Assembly (NCBI GenBank): GCA_030295235.1
Contig: AP026169.1
Span: forward strand, 186,001-250,000
Reading direction: 5' to 3'
DNA: 64,000 bases
DNA from: Fistulifera solaris
Taxonomy: Eukaryota
Positions 23,886 to 34,742 of the stretch are shown in pieces. The notes beneath the pieces were generated by a model. The model saw only the letters and a list, made by a program, of their open reading frames with translations. It was not told the DNA's origin and made no database searches. The position numbers and the translations under genes are program-made. Numbering within the stretch: the stretch's first letter is position 1; every line of letters starts with the position of its first letter.

Positions 23886-25263
23886 TTGAAAGTTCCTGAC
23901 GTTGATGATGATGAGATTTATTCGTACGAAGAAGAAGTTCTATTGCCACCAACGGAGGAAGAGATCAATCGTACGATGCCATGTCGGTTCTCGTGTTGTC
24001 GGAATGATGAGTCGCACAAGATTGTGGATGATACAGAGTTGTTGGAAGCGTATTTGAATCATCCAGAGTTACAGGTAATGCAGAACCCGATTACGATACA
24101 GAACATTCAACAACATCAGCAACAGGACCAGCGCTTGTATCAATTGTGTCATGACCCGGCAACAGCGTGGCAGTTCCCGCTCAAGCAAGTTCAAGAACGA
24201 GAAGTGATATGTTACAAACCAAAGCGAGATAGCCCTGAGAATGATTGGAAGATTGCCTTACCGGCGGCGTTGTTGGATAAGGTGATCGTGTGGTATCATT
24301 TGGTATTGGGACATTGCGGAAGCACAAGATTGTATGAAACTATTGGACGGAGGTTTGCTATTCCTGGTTTAAAGAAACGGTGCGAAGAGTTCAAGTGCAG
24401 CAGTTGTCAAATGAATAAGCAACTGGGGCCAGGATACGGGCATTTGCCTCCCGCGACAGCGCGTTGTTGCCCTGGTATGAAGTTGCAGTGGATTTGATTG
24501 GACCTTGGAAAGTTAAGATTGGACAGCAGGAAGTGGAGGTCAATGCACTTACGTGTATTGACCCGGTAACTAACCTTGTTGAGATTGTGCTGTATTGAAA
24601 ACAAAACTGCGGCTAACATTGCGCGTCATTTTGAGAACTGTTGGCTAGCGCGATACCCAAGACCTAACAAGTGCATTCATGACAACGGCGAATTCATTGG
24701 ATTCGATTTTCAAGTCATGTTGGAAAAGAACGGTATCAAAGATTCTCCCACAACAAGCAAGAATCCTCAAGGAAATTCGGTCTGTGAACGACTGCATCAA
24801 ACAGTCGCTAACATCCTTCGAACTACCTTACCTGAAGAACGAAGCGCCGTCACAAGACGAAGCTTTACGTGCTATTGATGATGCAATTGCGACTACGATT
24901 CACGCTACACGATGTTCGGTTTCAAGATCGTTGAGTTGTTCTCCAGGAGAGTTGGTATTTCATAGAGACATGCTTCTAGATGTTCCTGTGATGGCTGACT
25001 TAGTTAATATTCAACAGCGAAGACAAGTTATGATTGACGAGAATCTACGAAGACAGAATCGAAAGAGAATTGAATACGAGTACAAGGGTTGGCGGTGAAG
25101 TTCTAATCAAGAGTGACAACCCTTCAAAGCTGGAGCCTCGGGCTCATGGTCCTTATGTTATTACGGGCGGTTTATACGAATGGAACACTTGATGTTCGGG
25201 CGGAATGCGCAAGTCACTGAGCGATTGAATATTCGTCGAGTGATTCCGTTTAGACGCAAGTAA
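23886..25263 (+). pseudogene. Retroviral-type integrase (HHCC + DDE core + GPY/F), frameshifted
   Basis: WYHLVLGHCG..CSSCQ, VDLIGPW, RYPRPNKCIHDNGEF, NPQGNSVCERLHQ, KLEPRAHGPYVI. Confidence 0.9.
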
Positions 25264-25403
25264 GAGCGTGCACAAGAGCCAATAAGGTGCACGGCTGGTA
25301 TATATAACTCCCCTCTGCAGTTCGTACGGGAGAGTAAAATACCACGGGTTGGAATACATGGAATAAAGATTGCTTCGGGACTTGCAATCTTGAGGGGGAA
25401 GAG

Positions 25404-25566
25404 TGAACGATCTATGTCGTTCGTGATTAGATCTGGCGAAGTCTTAGGAGATAGCGAGCCAGCCTGGCTTTAGCGATCCCTCGCCAACGGAATGGCTTGG
25501 AAATGCCAAGAGGCATGTAGCGATAACCTTTTATAATTTCGTGTTTTTCCTTTGTGAGACCTTGCA
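25404..25566 (+). repeat. 3' LTR (163 bp)
   Basis: Direct repeat of 22718-22881, preceded by the PPT and followed by TSD CCTGG. Confidence 0.95.
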
Positions 25567-25805
25567 CCTGGGCTCCATCATGGTTTTGTATAGGCCTGTA
25601 TTGTACTTTTCTTCAGGCCCAACAAACCCAATTTTGCGGCCCAAGACGACCACGCTCCGTGAGCCGCAAAGGCTTTCAGGCACTAGAACTAGCTAGTCAC
25701 TAGTCACTTCACCAGAGTTGAAAATTTCACTTTTTCACTTCACTCACTTTTCACTAGATGGTATGACACCGTCAGTTCGCTCATCCAAGTTTTTCGTCTC
25801 AGGAC

Positions 25806-26395
25806 TAGAGGTGTGTGGCTTTTTCACTAGAACTAGTCACTAGTCACTTCACTAGAGTTGAAAATTTCACTTTTCACTTCACTCCCTTTTCACTCCACTT
25901 GATTCACTAGAAGTGTACCATGTCTACGTAAAGCCTACGTGTGACATGAACGGTGCAAAACTATGACAACATAACACAAATGGAATAAAAAGCCATAGCA
26001 AATAATAGCTACTGAGCTAGTAACTTAAAATGCTTCGCCTATTTCCATCAATGGTCAGTCCACATAGTGCCAGGTTATACTTCATTTTCAGCTGAGTCTC
26101 CAGTGTGGTCCCTTTCAATTTTGTGCGCTTCAAAGCAAAGTCACAACTCGCGAACACTCTCTCCGAAGCTGTTGATGTAGAGCTAACACCTAGCCATTTC
26201 CTAGCAACCATAGAGGAGGGAACTCTTTCCTATTGCTCCAGGGTATCTTGCATCCGGTGTCAGGACACAGCTAATGACTTGTACACTATACATATGTCAG
26301 AACCACTTAGTATTTTTCACTTTTCACTTACCTAGAATGACTTGGCTCACTAGTCACTTCACTAGAGTCCATTTTTATTTCTAGCCACACCTCTA
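25806..26395 (-). mobile_element. Non-autonomous hAT element remnant
   Basis: TIRs TAGAGGTGTG.. and ..AGCCACACCTCTA, with TCACTAG/TTTTCACTT subterminal repeats at both ends. The 8-bp flanks CTCAGGAC / ATCAGGAA match at 6/8. Confidence 0.8.
26017..26240 (-). pseudogene. hAT transposase C-terminal dimerisation domain fragment
   Basis: VARKWLGVSSTSTASERVFAS..KRTKL...TLE..L. Confidence 0.85.
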
Positions 26396-26399
26396 ATCA

Positions 26400-28650
26400 G
26401 GAAATGATTCCTGGTACTGAACTGTGCACGTCCGTAGATCTCTTGTAGCGGGATAAACTGAAAAACACAACAATCTTACAGTTAAAATAATCCTTAAATA
26501 GTCATACCTTCAAGCACAAAGTGGGTCTGTGATAAAAGAGAATAAAGGCCTCGAAAAACGCGATGAAGTAAAATGCAGCTCTACTGCAAACGACAAGAGG
26601 ATAAAGGAGTTCCAACAAACAGCGACGGCAGAAAAAACCTTTTTGGTTATTGCTCCGATTTAAAGTAAGGGGGCATCTCAGGTATGCTATCACCTAGACA
26701 CGACCATTATGCCTCTCTCAACCATCAGCTCTCGTAATCAAAACAAGACATCAAATACATATGATAAAAACTGTAAAAAATATTATGCTCGGACTTCCTT
26801 ATCCCTCGATGCTTAAAGCTTTCCTATTAAACAATTCAATGTGCAACAGTAAGCATGAGAGCTATTAGAACTGAATCCAGACCTCGTTTTCCAATAGAGA
26901 AAAAATTGATTTGATTCAATAACGTAAGACCTGCCTAACTAGAGTAATAAAACGCATATGCGACCCCTCATCAACCCAAAAAGGCTTTGTAACGCTCCTT
27001 TCAGTACTTATTCAAAATTATTGAGGACCGGGTCTTGAAAGCCTCTGAAAATATCGCTTGTGGCTCTGCTTCGGACATTGTGAATAATTTTCACCTATAC
27101 GAAACGTCAATGAAATTCAGGCCTATTTTCTTGTTTATGGAAAAATGCGAAACGAAAAAAGCGAGGATTTGAATATCCAATTTCAATGCGAAACAAAAAT
27201 TCATACTGTAGCATTCCAGCTTCGTCGTTTTTCACGAAGAATAAAGCGATAATTGTCGGGATTGATGCTGTTTAAAGAGCAAACAAACGCGTAACCAAAT
27301 TTCCAAAAATTAAATAAAACCTCTTTTCCAAGATGGTTTTTCAAGAAGTAAGGATCCTTCGCTGTTCAAACAGACACATCTCTGTACGTAAGACTTGATA
27401 AACATTCAAATTGTACTTTCTTAGTGAGTGAAATAGTTTTAAGCCCTCTTAGAATATGTTTTTGAAAAATCAATCGATTTTAGGCGGTTCTGGGGAAAGA
27501 AAAAGAGACTGTCACGAGCTTTTATGGGTTCCTTTGGAATGCTCTTTTGAGCGATATCATGAAAGAGGTTTATTTTTTAAATATAAGCTCCTTGATACGT
27601 TGATATTTAAATTAAGCTGGCGCAAGCTGTTTTAACCATTTTCATGAAAGATGTCGCGTCAAGTATTCGACGTCAAATCTTTTCCTTGTTTAATCAGTTG
27701 AGTGTTACTTTTGTGCCTTAAAAACTTGTATTACTCGCAAGATTTTTAATGCGATGATAGTTGGCAAATGGGTGCTTTCAAATTCGAATGGCTGCTTGCT
27801 TAATTTTTATTCAAGAGAAGACGATCGACTGGTTGTTTTTTCCTTTTTTCTTAAGTCACAATATCCTTTTAACACCTGACTGAAAATATCTTTTTTTTTT
27901 TGTTTCATTTTGTCATCAATATTCGAATCTGGCATTTCGCTGGGAAGGCTCTGGTTTTGCTCGAGCTCTAATACTTGTAGGGATTAAGTCCTGGTCCGTT
28001 GGTTAATTTTTTCTATCATAGCTTATAAACACCAACAATAAAACACTTATTTCGTATTTCCTCCACGGAATGATAACAATTCGACTACCTTATATGCTTG
28101 TCAGAATCAATTTTGACGTTTGGACCAAAGGAGTGCGTGTAGCATTTACTCCTTTGTTCGGACTGATTTTTTCATTGTCCATATTTATTGTCTTATAAAC
28201 AGCTCGTGTTACTTAGACTTTACTGATGTTTATTCCTAATTTCTTATTTTCTCGAGTCAAAATGCAAATTTGTTGTTCATTCGCATTTTTCTTCGGCTTC
28301 CGGTTCTCAGAAGCTCCGTTTCCTGAATTACTGTACCACAGTTAGTAATAGAGTGACAAAATAGTTAGCATTTTTTAGTAAAGACAGACGAAGTCCTCTA
28401 CAACGTTAAGCTCAGATTAGTCAGCAGATTCCGAAATTGAATTTCCGATAAAGCGAAAAAGGGCGATGGTAAAATCAGTCGAACGTCAAATTTTTTTTGA
28501 GAGCCACTAAACTTATATATAGTATTCCTAATTTCCTAACGTCAGAGTTTAATCTTGACATTCGACTGAATTTTCCATTTTCATCCCATTTTTCACATAC
28601 GGAGTATATTTCAGTCTGACACTTCGCTGAGTAGACTTTGGTTCTAACTC
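26400..28650. other. AT-rich, almost ORF-free island (candidate centromere)
   Basis: A hand count over ~26700-28380 gives about 35% GC, clearly below the surrounding genes. There is no ORF >=60 aa in any frame from 26694 to 28822. Confidence 0.5.
28420..28632. repeat. Degenerate palindromic (MITE-like) repeat, with related pieces at ~28100-28270 and ~4445-4515
   Basis: AAAATCAGTCGAACGTCAA (~28471) is inverted against TTGACATTCGACTGAATTTT (~28555). The right arm resembles TATTCCCTGATTTCCTTAAGTCAGAATGCAATTTTGACATTCGGACTG at ~4447. Confidence 0.6.
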
Positions 28651-29099
28651 TAGCTCTAGTGCTAGTAGAGGGCCAGTCCCGAGCCCGTTTGATAATAAGG
28701 GGGAGTCGGTCTTGGCATTCCTTCTCTTGGATTCCGCAGAAGCATACTAACTGACCTGACCAGGGAAAGACTCATGCGCGCTCTGATGAAACTTGCATTT
28801 TGACGCTTTAGGAAGCTAGATTCTATCTAGTTGTGATGTGATGTGTGTCCTGCTTGCATTCTGACTCTTTAGGAAGTTTGATATTAGTTGTGATGTGCTT
28901 GTTTGTTTTCAGAAGGATGACTTGCCGGCGACACCAGTTGCACTTAAAAAGTACTCTATTTACGTTTTGGACGCAGCACCCTATCGCACGGAAGGTTCTC
29001 ACGTCGTCCGTCGTGTTGGAATTAAGCTCGGCAATGTTTTGCGCCCACATCTCATTGTTTTCCTCATTCCAGGCCACACCAATAATAATAACAAGCAAA

Positions 29100-29778
29100 A
29101 TGCAGCTCAAACACATCATACATCTATTTTGCCTGATCATTAAAATTTCTGACGCATGGTTTCAACCGACCGCGTCGCGGCTGTCTTCTGTTGCCTGTCG
29201 ATTGTCGGACGATTGGTCTTCCTTTCAAGTTGTAGACGACGACGACGATGAAGACGAAATCGTTTTTGGTCGCAAGCTCGATCGAACCACTTATGCGACA
29301 GAGAATGATGATTCCGATTTGAAAGCGACTGTTGGTGCTTCCTTGAGTGCTCCAACAATAGAGAGAGATGCTGAGCCTATCTTCCTTCCTGCTGGTATGT
29401 TTATGCATTGTTGCTAGCACTGCTTGATTGCTCGCTAACGACGGTCTTTGTTTACCGCGTTAATGTCGATGGCTAGGCTCTGAACTGGAGCTCTCGGAAG
29501 AGAATGTGTTGGGAGTCCTCGCAGCCTGCCGACAAGAGGTTGGGACGCTTTTTGGGTATACAGCGGAAAATAGGGGCGTCGGTATCACTGGTGGAGTGGA
29601 TTTGGTTGACCTGGATGGGCCCACTATTATTCTGAGATTGAAGGGAAGGTTTTGGCACGAACGCACGACAGTGTTGGAACGAGTTGCAAAGTATTTACAA
29701 CAGCGAATTCCTGAAATTATAGACGTGACTGTTGAGGATCCGTGGCAATTGACCAATGAAGCTAACGAAGTGTGGTAA
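29100..29778 (+). CDS. Plastid-targeted NifU/NFU-like domain protein lacking CxxC; intron 29395-29476
   Basis: Signal peptide ending SDA-WF; LELSEENVLGVL..GGVDLVDLDGPTIILRLKGRF..YLQQRIPEIIDV. Confidence 0.75.
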
Positions 29779-29912
29779 ACGAGAAAATAATGACGTTACT
29801 CGTCTGAACAAACAGGTTACAAAGCAAGCGTTGAATAGCTCTATGTTTTACGATATGTTTTTTAATATTGTTCTCCATCATCATGTGATTTTCCGCGCCT
29901 CGATGGCTATGG

Positions 29913-31844
29913 TTACAAGAGTTCTGACAGGCACGACCATAGACCTGCAACTAAAGCTACCACACCGAAGACGCAAAAGAATATGGCTTCCAGGAAATGT
30001 GGCCATTCCGGATGGATCTGGATGTCAGGTTCGATTACTACTTCGTCATCTGCCTGTTTCCTCATCTGTTTCTGCAGGATTTGTTGACCGATCTGTTGGT
30101 TTATTGATATGTTAGAAGTGGAAAGACCATCGCGATTGAGAGATGGCTTCAGTTGAAGTGATCCCGAGCGCTTCATATTTCGTGAAGATACCGTAGTCGT
30201 TTCATCGGTTCGGCGGTATTCAAAGTCTCCAATGCGTAGAGGATGTGGTGATTTCAAAGCTTGAAGATGCATGTGGGCTGAGAGACTAGATTGGCCGAAC
30301 GAAGCGATTGCACACCAAACTGGCATTAAAAGAACATAAGATAAGCATGTTTGCATTGCAACCATCAAGAATGAAGAATTCTCGTCATCGTTTGGACTAT
30401 CGATCATGTCAACATCCTCTGTCTCAATCCTCTGAACATCGAGCAGTGACGTAGTTTCATTGGGCGCACCTTCATTTCCATGTTGCATGGTAGTTTTCAC
30501 AATATCAGTGTCACTAAACACAGAATTTATATACCACGCGCCCAGCATCTTCGATTCTCTGACAAGCTCTTTGAACCGTTCGCCATGAACGGCGAGATAG
30601 ACTGCTCCGGGTCCGAGATACGACAAACAACTGCCTCCAATCGCACCCGTTACGGCAAGGACATTTCCAAGATTTTTAAACAGACAAGCAGGGATTACAG
30701 CACTCAAATATAACGCCGTCGTCAATCCAATGCGGCGATCGGCACGATTCAATAGTGCCGAGTCTTCATTTCCCTCGTGAGCGCGTCTCCCTTGGAAGAA
30801 AAGTGCCACGATTACGTGCCGAGCGACAAAGCTTTCAAGCGGATAAACGCAAAGCTTACCGAGCGAGACTGAGTTAGTCTACTATGTTGACAAATGGCTC
30901 CGGAGAAAGTTGAAATACGTACCATTGTGGATCCAAGCATTGCCCGAGCAGCATTTGCTGTGAATGTGTTTGGGAGATTCATTAGTACATTCCCCTGAAT
31001 ATCTTGTCCGTATGCCAAATATCCGCTAATACCGCACACCAACGCTAAGGTTCCGCAAATAATGAGTGACACAGTAGTAACCGTAGTCCATCGGTCGTGT
31101 GTTGGTCTTGACAAACTTCCAGCGATCAGAAAGGCCGAGTGTTGACATACAAATGCGAATGAAAGGACCCCTAGTCCCACGAATAAAGTGCTCGGATTCA
31201 TTGCTTTCTCTTCATGCAGTTTTACAGGCACATCTTCAAAGGTGATCGGTGCGTTGTAAGCCACAAATGCCACTATAATGGTATCGAATATGACGCTGAT
31301 ACGACTGGTGAATGCCAGATTTGCCATATCGCGCTGACAAGACAGTGGTAGAATAATAATAGTAGATATGAGAACGAGGGTTGCTCTCTGGAGTTCAATT
31401 GTTTCAATCCCTAGCAATGAGGAAGCTGTATCCTTGACGATCATGAGATAAGAAAGCATTGCTCCGTAGGCCATAACAAGCATATTTACGGCGACAAAAA
31501 CAAACCCGGCGCTTCCAAAGCCCGCTTCTGCGAGAGTCTCGTAGCTTCCCGTATGGCAATGCTTTGCTGTAGCGATGAGAATCCGAAGCGATTGCCGTGT
31601 AAGGATCGCGCAGAGTACGATGAGCCCGATACCTGCCGCCCATCCTGCTTGTGAGAACAGCGTATGGGATACCCACAATACCAGATCCCACAATTGCGTT
31701 GATCATATTTGCGGAGCATCCCATCAAAGTTGATTTGGCTTCTTTGACTTCGTCATTCTGTACACCTCCGGTCGTATCGGTTGACCGACCTTCTGAAGGT
31801 CTGAAGAAAGGCGATTTCTTTTGTTCATTATTTCTGCGACTCAT
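29913..31844 (-). CDS. Amino acid transporter (Aa_trans, SLC38-like); one intron (~30921-30860) and apparent frameshifts
   Basis: NMINAIVGSGIVGIPYA, AYGAMLSYL, LSFAFVCQH, TGAIGGSCLSY; multiple TM helices. Confidence 0.88.
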
Positions 31845-32488
31845 GAGAAGCAGGAAACGACGATAAGAGGATAGACCTGCTAGGGAATGAAGGGTTTCAG
31901 GGTTCAAGGGTTGTTATAGATTACCAGTTATGGCTTTGTCTCTCTAGTAGGAGCCAATGGTGTCAGGTGTCACTTGTCACTTGCAATGCAACAATGCAAC
32001 TGCACTCGCTGCCTCTGTCTGCCCCCCTCGTCGGCTTGGATCCGTTTTGCTCCGCTTTACATCGCCTTTTATAGTTAAGGATAGATCCAAATAACGTTTT
32101 GCTTCGGTCTTTGACTACCGTACCTTATTGTCCCAATCGTCTCTGACCCGGATAGTACACATGAGTTTATTCAAAGAATAATCGTCGTACACTTTACTTC
32201 AGACAAGTTGTGCCTGATTCACGATACTCTCTTGCGTGCGTTCGTGAGCCAGCTGACAGTACTAAGTAAAAAAAGCGTTGTTATAACACCCTCCATCAAC
32301 TCAAGACTCACAAAACTGCACCCACTTTTCACTTTTACTCTTTTGGCCTCGACGATTCATTATTTATTGTCAAATAATCACCATCCTGAAACGATTCCAA
32401 AGTTCGTGGTCGATCAGCAATCCGTAACGTGAGCGGTCTGTGCATTATTTCCTGTTGAAATCAAAATTATTGTTCTACGATTGTCATC

Positions 32489-33373
32489 ATGCCTCCCTTT
32501 GCAAAGCAACCGGCTGACGAGTCGGAGTCAATCAACAGCGGACGAAGTGGCGAGAAGATAGCAAGGAAAACTGTTCGATTTGCGGTCGAGATTCATGTTC
32601 GGCATGTACAGCACTGGCGTCACTATGTTGTGGATCGATCGATCATTTGGTTCACATCAGGAGAGCTTTTACAAATTGCCGAGCGCGATCGGTTGATTGT
32701 TGAGTTTATGCGGCAGCGACGCTTTCATGAAACAGATGAACATTCAAGCAGAGGCTTATCTATCGACTCTGCTCAGGATCTCAGGATCCGCCAAATGTCG
32801 GCGGCCATATTGCTTGCCGAGCAGTTTAGACAGCTTGCAAGTGGTCATTACAGACCGGATGAATTGGCTGAAATGTCAAGAACAATTTCAAAAGACCATG
32901 TCCAATTAGCGCTCAGACGGGCTGAAAGCGACTTTTTGGCATCTATTGAATCTATGCTTGATTCTCTTCCCCAGTATGGAGTTGAATCTGTAGGTCGGCA
33001 CAGTAGTCGGGGGATAAGAAATTCATCAACGGCTTTCGCTTCGTCCCATTCTGACAGAACCACATCAAATCAAGTAAAAGTCCTCTCACGACCTGAGCTA
33101 AGTCCGCGACGCAAACAGGATGCCGCGGTTTACAGTGACTCGCAACTTGAATATTCAGAGATGAGCGAGACATGTTGTCCTCCAAGCAATGATCTACCTA
33201 TACTGGATGTGGACTCACCATGGGTGTCATGTGGAGAGTGGATAGGACACCGATCTTTCATGGAATCAACTCCAATACCTAGATCAACTCGTTGGAGTAT
33301 TTGGGATGGGGCTTTGGAACTGTTGCAGAGTTCTGCATGGGTGTCCTGTGGTACATGGGGCACCGTGGCCTAA
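32489..33373 (+). CDS. Hypothetical protein
   Basis: 294-aa ORF with a KTVRFA..VRHV..IWFT..EL..SRGL pattern of a kind seen in diatom hypothetical proteins. Confidence 0.65.
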   Translation: MPPFAKQPADESESINSGRSGEKIARKTVRFAVEIHVRHVQHWRHYVVDRSIIWFTSGELLQIAERDRLIVEFMRQRRFHETDEHSSRGLSIDSAQDLRIRQMSAAILLAEQFRQLASGHYRPDELAEMSRTISKDHVQLALRRAESDFLASIESMLDSLPQYGVESVGRHSSRGIRNSSTAFASSHSDRTTSNQVKVLSRPELSPRRKQDAAVYSDSQLEYSEMSETCCPPSNDLPILDVDSPWVSCGEWIGHRSFMESTPIPRSTRWSIWDGALELLQSSAWVSCGTWGTVA

Positions 33374-33914
33374 TCCAGTTTGTGAGGCAATCTTGACGTT
33401 AAGTAACATTGCATGAAAGTGGATGTATATTTGTATTAATGACAACATTACCGTACTACGGAGTAGAAAATAGGTTCCGATTAGAAATTGTTTTTTAGTC
33501 TAATTGCCAAGTACCAGGTCTGTAGGTGTTTTTAGATCGAAGATTGAATGCAAGTAAATATCGTAGCGGCACCAAATGCCTTCCGCATCACCGCGCACCG
33601 CGCCCTTTCGCACCGATGTCACCACTCATCTCGCTCGCTCGCTCATCACTCGCGTACCTGGTACAGGTTCGTACGTCAGCCCAAACAGCCATGATTGCAT
33701 TTGGTATCTTTTGAAGTGCGTCCGTGTGATAGTCTACCAGTACGACGGGTGAGTGAGATGCGAGAGAGAGTGAGAAAAAGGTGGTGTGGCCACTTGCAAC
33801 GTGTCTTGTTGTGGTGCTTGGTCTGATAGGAGGCTGCCGCTTTTGTTCGACATTTGGTCATAACTTATCACCCTTTCGTTGCTTTTACGCGCAAGCATAA
33901 GGCAACTAAACATT

Positions 33915-34742
33915 ATGAGACTCTACGGACTTTTTACTGTGATCTCCTCGGCTTCTGCCTTCACTGCATATCCGGTGGGAAGACCAAGCTCGGCCTTGCA
34001 ATCAACTATAGTGACAGGGCCTGGAGGAAAGCCTGCGTCGTCTGCTGATGAAGACTTGCGACTGACATTACAGATCATAATGGATCATGAATCGCGCTCT
34101 GCGACGGTATCGAAAGAGCAATTCATTAGCCAAATGAAGGAGGCTGAACAAGTTGCCCACGAAGTTGTAGACGTATCGATCCCCTATGATGCCGCTGCAA
34201 AACTTGCATACGAAGCCAGCGATAAGTCAATGAAATATGCTGATTTTAAAGTGAAGTACGAGGAAAATGCTGTACTCGAAGTCAAAGCTAAGAGGCCTGT
34301 TGACCTATCCATACCGTACGATGCTGCCGCAAGACTTGCGTATGAAGCCAGTGATAAATCTATGAATTTTGCCGACTATAAATTCCAGTACGAAGAGAAA
34401 GCTGTGGCAGAGGTCAAAGCAAAGCAACCAGCAGCGGCGAAACACGTTGCTAAGGCTGGTGAGGCAACGAGCTCGGTAGACTTAAGTATCCCATACGACG
34501 CCGCCGCAAAACTTGCATACGAAAAAACCGACAAATCGATGAATTTTAGTGCATACCAGAAAACTTACTACGATGAGACAGTTGCAATGGTGTCTTCCAA
34601 AAAGGCAGTTGACTTGAGTATCCCTTACGACGCTGCTGCACAACTTGCTTTCATGAAAAGTGATCGGACCACACCGTTCGCTGACTTCAAAGAGCAATAC
34701 GTTGCTCAAGCAGTTGCTGAAGTCAAAGCGAAGTCTTCGTAG
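33915..34742 (+). CDS. Plastid-targeted protein with four ~43-aa repeats
   Basis: Signal peptide + ASA-FT; VD(L/V)SIPYDAAA.LAY...DKSM.FADFK..Y...AVAEVKAK occurs four times. Confidence 0.85.
   Translation: MRLYGLFTVISSASAFTAYPVGRPSSALQSTIVTGPGGKPASSADEDLRLTLQIIMDHESRSATVSKEQFISQMKEAEQVAHEVVDVSIPYDAAAKLAYEASDKSMKYADFKVKYEENAVLEVKAKRPVDLSIPYDAAARLAYEASDKSMNFADYKFQYEEKAVAEVKAKQPAAAKHVAKAGEATSSVDLSIPYDAAAKLAYEKTDKSMNFSAYQKTYYDETVAMVSSKKAVDLSIPYDAAAQLAFMKSDRTTPFADFKEQYVAQAVAEVKAKSS

Larger units (their letters stand above)
22718..25566 (+). mobile_element. Ty3/Gypsy-type LTR retrotransposon, internally deleted (gag-like + integrase only)
   Basis: TG..CA LTRs, 5-bp TSD CCTGG (22713-22717 and 25567-25571), and PPT GAGGGGGAAGAG at 25392-25403. 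The integrase is the last domain and carries a GPY motif. Confidence 0.93.
20881..25683 (+). mobile_element. Non-autonomous TIR DNA transposon (12-bp TIR GTGCCTGAAAGC, CTAG or TA target duplication), possibly piggyBac-like; contains the LTR element
   Basis: TIRs at 20881-20892 and 25672-25683. The empty site TTCACTAGAACTAG is visible in the sister copy near 25823. The subterminal regions are GGCCC/GGGCT-rich. Confidence 0.8.

Noticed and set aside
25684..25910. CRISPR-like or satellite array
   Set aside because: Irregular short motifs without unique spacers; explained as hAT subterminal repeats.
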